Notes under the pieces: model-generated
What the model saw: the letters and a program-made list of their open reading frames with translations, nothing else
Database searches by the model: none
Told to the model about the DNA's origin: nothing
Part shown: positions 11,087-24,300 of the stretch, one piece after another
How the letters are laid out: each line of letters starts with the position of its first letter
Position numbering within the stretch: position 1 is the stretch's first letter
Origin: Squalus acanthias
Taxonomy: Eukaryota
DNA length: 64,000 bases
Assembly (NCBI GenBank): GCA_030390025.1
Contig: CM059431.1
Location: 146,632,001-146,696,000, forward strand
Reading direction: 5' to 3'
Translations under genes and position numbers: made by a program

Positions 11087-11302
11087 GATTTTCCATTTCG
11101 TACTATTCAACCGGGTCTACCTGAGTTTTCTCTGCATTATTGCTCTCGCACCTAAGTCCAGTGTCAGAACCGTAAGGGCGAGTGGGTCGAACCACTGACA
11201 GTTGTCTAGTGTTACCAGGCTGACTGGAGACCAGAACAGGCAACGAGGCCTAACCCCGCACTAGCACCCAGGCTTAGCACAGAGCCACCCGAACCCCTTA
11301 CA

Positions 11303-11378
11303 AACTTTAACTCTGTTTCTCTCTCTACAGATGTTACTTGACCTGCTGAGTATTTCCTGAACTTTCTGTTTATATTTA
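11303..11378 (+). mobile_element. Penelope-like terminal fragment, interrupted by the provirus
   Basis: ttaactctgtttctctctctacagatg...gacctgctgagtatttcc matches the reverse complement of 37460-37530. Confidence 0.7.
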
Positions 11379-11384
11379 AGATTC

Positions 11385-12998
11385 AGAACTGATGAAGTAG
11401 CTCAACACACCCATGAGGCTCTGTGGACAAACAGCCACAGCAAAATTCTACTCCACAATAATCTGCAAACTTATGGCCCGCATGTCCCTTACTCTACCAT
11501 TAACATCAAACCAGAGGACCGAACGTGGTTCAGTGAGGACAGTAGAAGAGATTGCCAGGAGCAGCATCAGGCGCACCTAAAAATGAGGCGTCAACTGGTA
11601 AGGCTGCAAAATGCATGTTGAACTGCAGAAGCAGCATGCTATGGACAGAGCTAAGTGATTCCACAACCAGCGGATCAGGTCAAAGATTTGCAGTGCTGTC
11701 GCATCCAGTCGTGAATGTTGATGGGTTTACAACCGTCTTCAACCAGAAGTACCGAGAGTATGATCCATCTCGGCCTCCTCCTGAGGTCCCAAAACATCTT
11801 CAGTCAATTTGAACAAATCCACGTGGTATCAGGAAACGGCGGAGCGCACGAGATGCAGCAAAGGCTCTTAGCCCCCAGCAACATCCCGGCTGTAGTGCTG
11901 AAGAATTGCGCTCCAGAACTAGTCGTGACACCAACCTAACTATTGCAGTACAGCAACAACACTGGAGCTATCCGAAAAAGTGGAAAATTACCCAGGATTT
12001 TCTTGTTCAGACACAGGACAAATCCAATGCGGCTAATTACTGCCCCATCAGACTAATTTCAATCATCAGCAAAGTGATAGAAGAAGTTATGTGCTGTCAA
12101 CTCAGCTTGGGTTTCGCCAGGACTGCTCAGGTGCAGACCTCATTACAGCCTTGGTCCAACCATGGCAAAGGTCTGAATTCCAGGGGTGAGGTGGAAGTGA
12201 CTGCCCTTGACAGCAAGGAAGCATTCGACCGACTGTGACCCTAACTGTGCAAAAACTGAAGTCAATGGGAATCAGGCGCAATACTCTGCAGTCATACTTA
12301 GCACAAAGTGATTGTTGGGAGACCAATAACCTCCGCCCCAGCAGATCGCTACATTACTTCCTCAGGCCAGTGTCCTTTTCTGAACCAACTTCAGACGCTT
12401 TATCCATGACTTTCGCTCTGTCATATGGTCAGAATGGGCATGTTTTCGCTGATGTATTTCAGTGTTCCATTCGTGTGATGAAATATTCTTCACTTTCCTG
12501 GATGATTGCAGCTCAAGCCACACTCAGCAATCTCGAAACAACCGAACACAAACAGTCCGCTTGATCAGCATCCCATCCACCATCTTAAAAATTGACTCCC
12601 ACCACCACCGGCGCACCGTAGCTGCAGTGTGTACCATTTACAAAATGCACTACAGCAACTCGTCAAGACTTATTCTACAGCGTCTCACAAACTCGTGACT
12701 TCTTGCATCTAGAAGGACAAGGGCAGCAGGCGCAGGGGAGCACGATCATGTCCAAGTTCCAATGCAAGTCACACAACATTCCTGACTTGGAAATATATCG
12801 CCGTTTCGACATCGTCGCTGTTTCAAAATCCTGGAGCTCCCTGTCCAACTGTACTTTGGGAGTAACTTCACCACACGGACTACAGCGGTTCAAGAAGGCG
12901 ACTCACCACCACATACTCAAGGAAAACTAGGGATGGACAACAAAGGCTGTCCTTGCCAGCGCTGCCCTCATCCCGAGAATGCATAAATAAAATAAAAG
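11385..12998 (+). mobile_element. Decayed CR1/L2-group LINE fragment (RT remnants, 3' end, A-rich tail)
   Basis: DKSNAANYCPIRLISIISKVIE and ALDSKEAFDRL remnants; the 3' end is homologous to the reverse complement of 40608-41100. Confidence 0.85.
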
Positions 12999-13567
12999 AT
13001 AACTTTTTCATTGTCCCTTTGTGTTGCTGATCTCTAGTTAATGGATACTTTATTTTCTTGAATATCAGATGGCAACTGAGCTGGGAGACATCAGCAACTC
13101 CATTCACAGCGCAGCCTAGTACCCAGAACCTGTCACTACATCGTCGCTTTGGATAAAGTAAACTTGAATGCGATATCATAACATTTTAACCACCTCTATT
13201 AGATCAAAAAATAAATGTTAATATATATTGTTTTCTTTTAAAGCCGTCCCCATTGTTGTAACTTTCAGAGACTGTGGCTGTACCGTTCTTGCGTTGGAGA
13301 CGTTGCACATAGACCACCGGAGTTGAAAATGAAATGAGCAAATAATAGGATTTTTGCAGGAAACGCATATTTTCAGTTACCAGGAAATTTTTAATCTACG
13401 TATTGTGGAGCCCCGAAATCCAGCAGTTTTTCAAGTGGTGATAAGAATCCTATAGACCCGTAGAGCACTTCTGGGCCACGAGCCACACAATGCCTGACGT
13501 TCCAGGCAGCATCTGCATCAGCTCTTTGACAATAAGTTCTACTCTGAGATGGACACCACCATCGTGG

Positions 13568-14346
13568 CTCTCTCCTGTCTCTCTCTGTCTCTCTTTCTAT
13601 GTCCCTCTCTCCTTCTGTCGGTCTCTCGCACTCTCTGTCTGTCTGTCTCACTCCTGTCTACCTATAAATTTCACCCCTGTCAACTTCTGACTCTCTGTCG
13701 CTCTCTCTCTCTCTCTGACTCTCTCTGCCCCTCCCTCCTTCTGTCGGTCTTTCCCTCTCTCTGTCTTTCTCTGACTGTCTGTCTCTCTCTCTCTCTATCG
13801 CTAACTCTTCTCACGGTTTCCTTGTCCCTCAATCAGCACTTTTCATTTCTTCTCTTCATAGGCAGTCCCTCTGAACCGATTATTTATTACTTTTCATTTA
13901 GCTTTCCATTGTTGTCGCTTTTCTCCGTTTCCTGTTGTTTCTATCCTACTCACTTTCTGTAATTTTTCTATTCCAGTTCTTCCTCTGTTTCTGGGCTTCT
14001 GTCCCTTAACACCAAATCAGTTTTCGCACCTTCTGAATCTTACTCGTTTCAGCAGTAGTATCCTTCCCTCATTCCATTTCTCTATCCTTTCTATCCTTTT
14101 TTCAGTTCTCATTCTTTCTACCTTTCGCTCTGTTTGTGGTTCTCTCTTTCTCACTCGGTTTCTCTGTATCTTTCAGTCTCTCTCTCCTCTCTTTATCGCT
14201 CTGTCTTCGTCTATCTATGTGGCCTTCCCAGTCTAACTGCATCATTCTCTCTTTCCCTCATTCTCTTCCATATCTCCTTCTTAATCTCTATATGTGTGTC
14301 CCTCTGTCCGTGTCTGTCTATCTGTTTGTCTGTTTCTCTCTCTCTG
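13568..14346. repeat. Degenerate (CT)n/(CTGT)n low-complexity tract
   Basis: Directly visible pyrimidine-rich microsatellite. Confidence 0.9.
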
Positions 14347-14424
14347 TACAATATACACGAAAACAATATAATTAATACTGAAGAAAATACTCCTGTGGGT
14401 CCAGGCCCACAGCGTAATCTTCGC

Positions 14425-14503
14425 AATAGGGTAGCTGAATGTTTAAGACGTTAGACTGAAGACCCAATAAAGGTTTTCGTGAAATCGAACCCCACTCCAG
14501 ATA
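14425..14503 (+). pseudogene. tRNA-Leu(TAA)-derived pseudogene
   Basis: aatagggtagctgaatgtttaagacgttagactgaagacccaat...tcgaaccccactccagata is colinear with vertebrate tRNA-Leu(TAA), with many substitutions. Confidence 0.7.
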
Positions 14504-15334
14504 GTTCTGATCATCTATCAGTCTAATGTTTGAATGCGTCTTGAGTGTTTAACAAGTCCGCATTTAATTAGTCAGGTAATTTAAAACAAGTGAATCTTTC
14601 ATGCTTTTACCTGTCTGTGCGTTCAGATTCAATCCCATAGTTCATTATTTACATATATTGTTGATGACCAGAAGGCTTTCCCAGTAAATCAGCAAACCAA
14701 AAAAATGACTGAAACGGGACCCGAGTCATTTCGCGGCTGAATTTCCTGTGCAGATCGATGGAAAATCAGCCCGAGGCCGTCCCTGGGAATTGCGGTGGAA
14801 GATCCAAAAGCTCAGATAAAGAGGTTGTACTTAACTCAATGGACATGGAATCGAAATTTCTCACTTTTAATGGGAAGCGTACTGGATTGGGAAACATGAA
14901 CGAATTGGGAAACATTGATGAATCGGCTACAGCAAAAGAACTGAGGACCGTTTATAGATCGGCAAACAACAATCATTTAAAATCGTCAATGATTTGGTGG
15001 ATTATCAATAGATTGGAATCAATCGATGAATCACGCAATATCAATCATTTGGAAACTACGATTGAGGAAATGTTTGAGTAAATTAATTTATTTTCGTAAT
15101 TACTAACATCTGGAACACGTCTTCTCAATTTGTCTGTCTCCCTGCAATAGAAATGAGAACTTAAAGTGTAATTAATACTGATCGCTACTCTCGAGAAAAC
15201 GGTCCGGCAAATTGTTAAATGTTCAAAGTTTGCAAGGGCAGTTTGACATTCCAGCTGAGATGGCGCGGGACAAGGAGAGAGGAGTCTTAATAAGCCTGGC
15301 AATTTTTTTTTGAATAAGATGGAAATCTAAAACC

Positions 15335-15398
15335 TGGTACAGATAGTGATCGAACACAGGCTCCTGGATTCAGGGGACCGACGCCTTTCCACTTCGAC
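15335..15398 (-). pseudogene. Degenerate tRNA (Thr-like) abutting the satellite start
   Basis: Minus strand gtcgaagtggaaaggcgtcggtc...gttcgatc resembles tRNA-Thr(CGT) GGCCAAGTGGTAAGGCGTCGGTC plus a B-box. Confidence 0.5.
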
Positions 15399-18300
15399 TG
15401 GGAAAGTTAATGGACAGATACCATCAATGGATTGGGAAAGTGAGTGGAAAAATACCGTGAATGTATTGGGAAAGTGAATGGACAGATACCATCAATGGAT
15501 TGGGGAAATCAATGCACAGATAACATCACTGGTTTGGGAAAGTGAATGGAGAGATACGATCAATAGCTTGGGAAAGTGAATGGACAGATACCATCACTGG
15601 ATTGGGGAAATCGATGCACAGATACAATCAATGGATTGGGAAAGTGAATGGACACATTCCATCAATGGATTGGAAAAGTGAATGGACAGATACCATCAAT
15701 AGATTGGGAAAGTGAATTGACAGATACCATCAATGGATTGGGAAAGTGAATGGACAGCTACCATCAATGGACTGGGAAAGTGAATGGACAGATATCATCA
15801 ATGGATTGGGAAAGTGAATGGACAGATACCATCAATAGACTGGGAAAGTGAATGGACAGATACCATCAATGGATTGGGAAAGTGAATGGACAGTTACCAT
15901 CAATGGATTGGGAAAGTGAATGAACAGATACCATCAATAGATAGGGAAAGTGAATGGAGAGATACCATCATTGGATTGGGAAAGTGAATGGACGGATACC
16001 AACAATAGATCGGGAAAGTGAATGGACAGATACCATCAAAGGATTGGGAAAGTGAATGGACAGATACCATCAATGGATTGGGAAAGTGAATGGACGGATA
16101 CCTTCAATAGATTGGGAAAGTGAATGTACAGGTACCATCAATGGATTGGGAAAGTGAATGGACAGATACCATTATTGGATTGGGAAAGTGAGTGGACAGA
16201 TACCATCAGTAGATTGGGAAAGTGAATGGACAGCTACCATCAATGAACTGGGAAAGTGAATGGACAGATACCATCAATGGATTGGGAAAGTGAATGGACA
16301 GATACCATCAATAGACTGGGAAAGTGAATGGACAGCTACCATCAATGGACTGGGAAAGTGAATGGACAGATATCATCAATGGATTGGGAAAGTGAATGGA
16401 CAGATACCATCAATAGACTGGGAAAGTGAATGGACAGATACCATCAATGGATTGGGAAAGTGAATGGACAGTTACCATCAATGGATTGGGAAAGTGAATG
16501 AACAGATACCATCAATAGATAGGGAAAGTGAATGGAGAGATACCATCATTGGATTGGGAAAGTGAATGGACGGATACCAACAATAGATCGGGAAAGTGAA
16601 TGGACAGATACCATCAAAGGATTGGGAAAGTGAATGGACAGATACCATCAATGGATTAGGAAAGTGAATGGACGGATACCTTCAATAGATTGGGAAAGTG
16701 AATGTACAGGTACCATCAATGGATTGGGAAAGTGAATGGACAGATACCATTATTGGATTGGGAAAGTGAGTGGACAGATACCATCAGTAGATTGGGAAAG
16801 TGAATGGACAGCTACCATCAATGAACTGGGAAAGTGAATGGACAGATACCATCAATGGATTGGGAAAGTGAATGGACAGATACCATCAATAGACTGGGAA
16901 AGTGAATGGACAGATACCATCAATGGATTGGGAAAGTGAATGGACAGTTATAATCAATGGATTGGGAAAGTGAATGGACAGATATCATTAATGGATTAGG
17001 GAAATCAATGCACACATACCATCAATGGATTGGGAAAGTGAATGGACAGATACCATCAATGGATTGATAAAGTGAAAGGACAGATAACATCAATGGATTG
17101 GGAAAGTAAATGGACAGATAGCATCAATGGATTGATAAAGTGAATGGACAGATACCATCATTGGATTGGGAAAGTAAATGCACAAATACCATCAATGGAT
17201 TGATAAAGTGAATGGACAGATACCAACATTGGATTGGGAAAGTTAATGGACAGATACCATCAATGGATTGGGAAAGTTAATGGACACATACCATCAATGG
17301 ACTGGGAAAGTTAATCGACAGATACCATCAATGGATTGGGAAAGTGAATGTACAGATACCATGAATGGATTGGGAAAGTTAATCGACAGATACCATGAAT
17401 GGATTGGGAAAGTGAATGGACAGATACCATCAATGGATTGGGAAAGTTAATGGACACATACCATCAATGAACTGGGAAACTGAATGGACAGATTCCATCA
17501 ATGGATTGGGAAAGTGAACGGACAGATACCATCAATGGTTTGGGAAAGTGAATGGAGAGATACCATCAGTGGATTGGGAAAGTGAATGGACAGCTACCAT
17601 CAATGGACTGGGCAAGTGAATGGACAGATACCATCAATGGATTGATAAAGTGAATGGACAGATACCATCATTGGAATGGGAAAGTGAATGGACGAATACC
17701 ATCAATAGATTGGGAAAGTGAATGGACACATACCATCAATGGATTGGGAAAGTGAATGGACAGATACCATCAATGGATTGGGAAAGTGAATGGCCGGATA
17801 CAATCAATAGATTGGGAAAGTGAATGGACAGATACCATCAATGGATTGGGACAAGTGAATGGACAGATACCATCAATGGATTGGGAAAGTGAATGGACAG
17901 AAACCATCATTCGATGGGGAAAGTGAATGGACAGATACCATCAATGGATTGGGAAAGTGAATGGACGGATACCATCAATAGATTGAGAAAGTGAATGGAC
18001 AGATACCAACAATTGACTGAGAAATTGAATGGACAGATACCATCAATGGATTGGGAAAGTCAATGGACCGATACCATTAATGGATTGATAAAGTGAATGG
18101 ACAGAAACCATCATTGGATTGGGAAAGTGAATGGACGGATACCATCAATAGATTGGGAAAGTGAATGGACAGATACCATCAATGGATTGAGAAAGTGAAT
18201 GGACTTATACAATCAATGGATTGGGAAAGTGAACGGACAGATACCATCAATGGATTGGGAGAGTGAATGGACAGATACCATCAATGGACTGGGAAAGTGA

Positions 18301-21300
18301 ATGGACAGATAACATCAATGGATTGGGAAAGTGAATGGACAGATACCATCACTGGATTCGTAAAGTGAATGGACAGATAGCATCAATGGATTGGGAAAGT
18401 GAGTGGACAGATACCATCAATGGATTGGGAAAGTGAATAGACAGATACCATCAATAGACTGGGAAAGTGAATGGACAGATACCATCAATGAATTGGGAAA
18501 GTGAATGGACAGTTACATTCAATGGATTGGGAAAGTGACTGGACAGATACCATCAATGGATGGGAAAGTGAATGGACAGATACCATCAATGGATTGGGAA
18601 AGTGAATGGACAGATACCATCAATGGATGGGAAAGTGAATGGACAGATACCATCAATGGATTGGGAAAGTGACTGGACAGATACCATCAATGGATGGGAA
18701 AGTGAATGGACAGCTACCATCAATGAACTGGGAAAGCGAATGGACAAAGTCCATCAATGGATTGGGAAAGTGAATGGACAGTTACCATCAATGGATTGGG
18801 AAAGTGAATGGACAGATACCATCAATGGATTGGGAAAGTGAATGGACAGATAGCATCAATGGATTGGGAAAGTGAGTGGACAGATACCATCAATGGATTG
18901 GGAAAGTGAATAGACAGAAACCATCAATAGACTGGGAAAGTGAATGGACAGATACCATCAATGGATTGGGAAAGTGAATGGACAGTTACATTCAATGGAT
19001 TGGGAAAGTGAATGAACAGATACCATCAATGGATTCATAAAGTGAATGCATAGATACCATCAATAGATTGGGAAAGTGAATGGACAGATACCATCATTGG
19101 ACTGGGAAAGTGAATGGACGGATACCATCAATAGATTGGGAAAGTGAATGAACAGATACCATCAATGGATTGGGAAAGTGAATGGACAGATACCATCAAT
19201 GGATTGGGAAAGTGAATGGACGGACACCTTCAATAGATTGGGAAAGTGAATGTACAGGTAACATTAATGGATTGGGAAAGTGAATGGACAGATACCATCA
19301 TTGGATTGGGAAAGTGAGTGGACAGATAACATCAATAGATTGGGAAAGTGAATGGACAGCTACCAACAATGAAATGGGAAAGTGAATGGACAGATACCAT
19401 CAATATATTGGGAAAGTGAATGGACAGATACCATCAATAGACTGGGAAACTGAATGGACAGATACCATCAATGGATTGGGAAAGTGAATGGACATTTACC
19501 ATCAATGGATTGGGAAAGTGAATGGACAGATATCATTAATGGATTAGGGAAATCAATGCACACATACCATCAATGGATTGTGAAAGTGAATGGACAGATA
19601 CCATCAATGGATTGATAAAGTGAATGGACAGATACCATCAATGCATTGGAAAAGTGAATGGACAGATAGCATCAATGGATTGGGAAAGTGAGTGGACAGA
19701 TACCATCAACAGACTGGGTAAGTGAATGGACAGATACCATCAATGGATTGAGAAAGTGAATGGACAGTTACCATCAATGGATTGGGAAAGTGAATGGACA
19801 GATATGATTAATGGATTGGCGAAATCAATGCACAGACACTATTAGTGGATTGGGAAAGTGAATGGACAGATACCATCAATGGATTGGGAAAGGGAATGAA
19901 CAGATACCATCAATGGATTGATAAAGTGAATGGACAGATACCATCAATGGATTGGGAAAGTGAATGGACAGTTACCATCAATGGATTGGGAAAGTGAATG
20001 GACAGATATCATTAATGGATTAGGGAAATCAATGCACACATACCATCAATGGATTGGGAAAGTGAATGGACAGATACCATCAATGGATTGATAAAGTGAA
20101 TGGACAGATACCATCAATGGATTGGGAAAGTTAATGGACAGATAGCATCAATGAATTGAAAAAGTGAATGGACAGATACCATCATTGGATTGGGGAAGTT
20201 AATGGACAGATACCATCAATGGATTGAGAAAGTTAATGGACAGATACCATCAATGGTTTGGGAAAGTTAATCGACAGATACCATCAATGGATTGGAAAAG
20301 TGAATGGACAGATACCATCAATGGATTGGGAAAGTGAATGGACAGATACCATCAATGGATTGGGAAAGTTAATCGAGAGAAACCATCAATGGATTGGGAA
20401 AGTTAATGGACAGATACTATCAATGAACTGGGAAACTGAATGGACAGATTCCATCAATGGATTGGGAAAGTGAACGGACAGATACCATCAATGGATTGGG
20501 AAAGTGAATGGAGAGATACCATCAGTGGATTGGGAAAGTGAATGGACAGCTACCATCAATGGACTGGGCAAGTGAATGGACAGATACCATCAATGGATTG
20601 ATAAAGTGAATGGACAGATACCATCATTGGATTGGGAAAGTGAATGGACGGATACCATCAATAGATCGGGAAAGTGAATCGACAGCTACCATCAATGAAC
20701 TGGGAAAGTGAATGGACAAAGTCCATCAATGGATTGGGAAAGTGAATGGACAGTTACCATCAATGGATTGGGAAAGTGACTGGACATATACCATCAATGG
20801 ATTGGGAAAGTTAATCGAGAGAAACCATCAATGGATTGGGAAAGTTAATGGACAGATACTATCAATGAACTGGGAAACTGAATGGACAGATTCCATCAAT
20901 GGATTGGGAAAGTCAATGGACCGATACCATCAATGGATTGATAAAGTGAATGGACAGAAACCATCATTGGATTGGGAAAGTGAATGGACGGATACCATCA
21001 ATAGATTGGGAAAGTGAATGGACAGATACCATCAATGGATTGAGAAAGTGAATGGACTTATACAATCAATGGATTGGGAAAGTGAACGGACAGATACCAT
21101 CAATGGATTGGGAGAGTGAATGGACAGATACCATCAATGGACTGGGAAAGTGAATGGACAGATAACATCAATGGATTGGGAAAGTGAATGGACAGATACC
21201 ATCACTGGATTCGTAAAGTGAATGGACAGCTACCATCAATGAACTGGGAAAGTGAATGGACAGATACCATCAATGGATTGGGAAAGTGACTGGACAGAAA

Positions 21301-24300
21301 CCAGCAATGGATGGGAAAGTGAATGGACAGATACCATCAATGGATTGGGAAAGTGAATGGACAGATAGCATCAATGGATTGGGAAAGTGAGTGGACAGAT
21401 ACCATCAATGGATTGGGAAAGTGAATAGACAGATAACATCAATAGACTGGGAAAGTGAATGGACAGATACCATCAATGGATTGGGAAAGTGAATGGACAG
21501 TTACATTCAATGGATTGGGAAAGTGACTGGACAGATACCATCAATGGATGGGAAAGTGAATGGACAGATACCATCAATGGATTGGGAAAGTGAATGGACA
21601 GATACCATCAATGGATGGGAAAGTGAATGGACAGATACCATCAATGGATTGGGAAAGTGACTGGACAGATACCATCAATGGATGGGAAAGTGAATGGACA
21701 GCTACCATCAATGAACTGGGAAAGTGAATGGACAAAGTCCATCAATGGATTGGGAAAGTGAATGGACAGTTACCATCAATGGATTGGGAAAGTGAATGGA
21801 CAGATACCATCAATGGATTGGTAAAGTGAATTGACAGATACCATCAATGGATTGGGAAAGTGAATGGACAGATACCATCAATGGATGGGAAAGTGAATGG
21901 ACAGATACCATCAATGGATTGGGAAAGTGACTGGACCAGATACCATCAATGGATGGGAAAGTGAATGGACAGCTACCATCAATGAACTGGGAAAGTGAAT
22001 GGACAAAGTCCATCAATGGATTGGGAAAGTGAATGGACAGTTACCATCAATGGATTGGGAAAGTGAATGGACAGATACCATCAATGGATTGGGAAAGTGA
22101 ATGGACAGATAGCATCAATGGATTGGGGAAATCAATGCACAGACACTATTAATGGATGGGGAAAGTGAATGGACAGATACCATCAATGGATTGGGAAAGG
22201 GAATGAACAGATACCATCAATGGATTGATAAAGTGAATGGACAGATACCATCATTGGACTGGGAAAGTGAATGGACGGATACCATCAATAGGTTGGGAAA
22301 GTGAATGAACAGATACCATCAATGGATTGGGAAAGTGAATGGACAGATACCATCAATGGATTGGGAAAGTGAATGGACGGACACCTTCAATAGATTGGGA
22401 AAGTGAATGTACAGGTAACATCAATGGATTGGGAAAGTGAATGGACAGATACCATCATTGGATTGGGAAAGTGAGTGGACAGATACCATCAATAGATTGG
22501 GAAAGTGAATGGACAGCTACCAACAATGAAATGGGAAAGTGAATGGACAGATACCATCAATGGATTGGGAAAGTGAATGGACAGATACCATCAATAGACT
22601 GGGAAACTGAATGGACAGATACCATCAATGGATTGGGAAAGTGAATGGACATTTACCATCAATGGATTGGGAAAGTGAATGGACAGATATCATTAATTGA
22701 TTAGGGAAATCAATGCACACATACCATCAATGGATTGTGAAAGTGAATGGACAGATACCATCAATGGATTGATAAAGTGAATGGACAGATACCATCAATG
22801 GATTGGAAAAGTGAATGGACAGATAGCATCAATGGATTGGGAAAGTGAGTGGACAGATACCATCAACAGACTGGGAAAGTGAATGGAAAGATACCATCAA
22901 TGGATTGTGAAAGTGAATGATACAGTTACCATCAATGGATTGGGAAAGTGAATGGACAGATATGATTAATGGATTGGGGAAATCAATGCACAGACACTAT
23001 TAATGGATTGGGAAAGTGAATGGACAGATACCATCAATGGATTGGGAAAGGGAATGAACAGATACCATCAATGGATTGATAAAGTGAATGGACAGATACC
23101 ATCAATGGGTTGGGAAAGTGAATGGACAGTTACCATCAATGGATTGGGAAAGTGAATGGACAGATATCATTAATGGATTAGGGAAATCAATGCACACATA
23201 CCATTAATGGATTGGGAAAGTGATGGACAGATACCACCAATGATTGATAAGTGAATGGACAGATACCATCAATGGATTGGGAAAGTTAATGGACAGATAG
23301 CATCAATGAATTGAAAAAGTGAATGGACAGATACCATCATTGGATTGGGGAATTTAATGGACAGATACCATCAATGGATTGAGAAAGTTAATGAACAGAT
23401 ACCATCAATGGTTTGGGAAAGTTAATCGACAGATACCATTAATGGATTGGAAAAGTGAATGGACAGATACCATCAATGGATTGGGAAAGTGAATGGACAG
23501 ATACCATCAATGGATTGGGAAAGTTTATCGAGAGAAACCATCAATGGATTTGGAAAGTTAATGGACAGATACTATCAATGAACTGGGAAACTGAATGGAC
23601 AGATTCCATCAATGGATTGGGAAAGTGAACGGACAGATACCATCAATGGATTGGGAAAGTGAATGGAGAGATACCAAAAGTGGATTGGGAAAGTGAATGG
23701 ACAGCTACCATCAATGGACTGGGCAAAAAATGGACAGATACCATCAATGGATTGATAAAGTGAATGGACAGATACCATCATTGGATTGGGAAAGTGAATG
23801 GACGGATACCATCAATAGATCGGGAAAGTGAATCGACAGATACCATCAATGGATTGGGAAAGTGAATGGACAGATACCATCAATGGATTGGGAAAGTGAA
23901 TGGACGGATACCATCAATAGATTGGGAAAGTGAATGGACAGATACCATCAATGGATTGGGAAAGTGAATGGACAGATACGATCAATGGATTGGGAAAGTC
24001 AATGGACCGATACCGTCAATGGATTGGGAAAGTGAATGGACAGAAACCATCATTCGATGGGGAAAGTGAATGGACAGATACCATCAATGGATTGGAAAGT
24101 GAATGGACAGATACCATCAGTGGATTGGGAAAGTCAATGGACCGATACCATCAATGGATTGGGAAAGTTAATGGACAGAAACGATCATTCGATGGGGAAA
24201 GTGAATGGACAGATACCATCAATGCATTGGGAAAGTGAATGGACAGATACCATCAATAGATTGAGAAAGTGAATGGACAGATACCATGAATGGGTGGAGA

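Larger units (their letters stand above)
1..11302 (+). mobile_element. Endogenous retrovirus-like LTR provirus (LTR-gag-pol-env-LTR), lokiretrovirus-like; 5' LTR truncated by window edge
   Basis: 1-258 matches 11045-11302; PBS after the 5' LTR, PPT before the 3' LTR; gag, PR, RT, two RNase H-like domains, IN and env motifs in order. Confidence 0.95.
9651..11302 (+). repeat. 3' LTR (~1652 bp), TGTA...TACA termini
   Basis: Starts after the PPT; the end is fixed by identity to the 5' LTR; the start is inferred from the PPT and terminal inverted repeat only. Confidence 0.85.

Noticed and set aside
13391..14454. Leu/Ser-rich or Arg/Glu-rich ORFs
   Set aside because: Translations of the CT microsatellite
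14758..15081. 107-aa ORF as a host gene
   Set aside because: Overlaps degenerate satellite-like sequence; no domain or exon support
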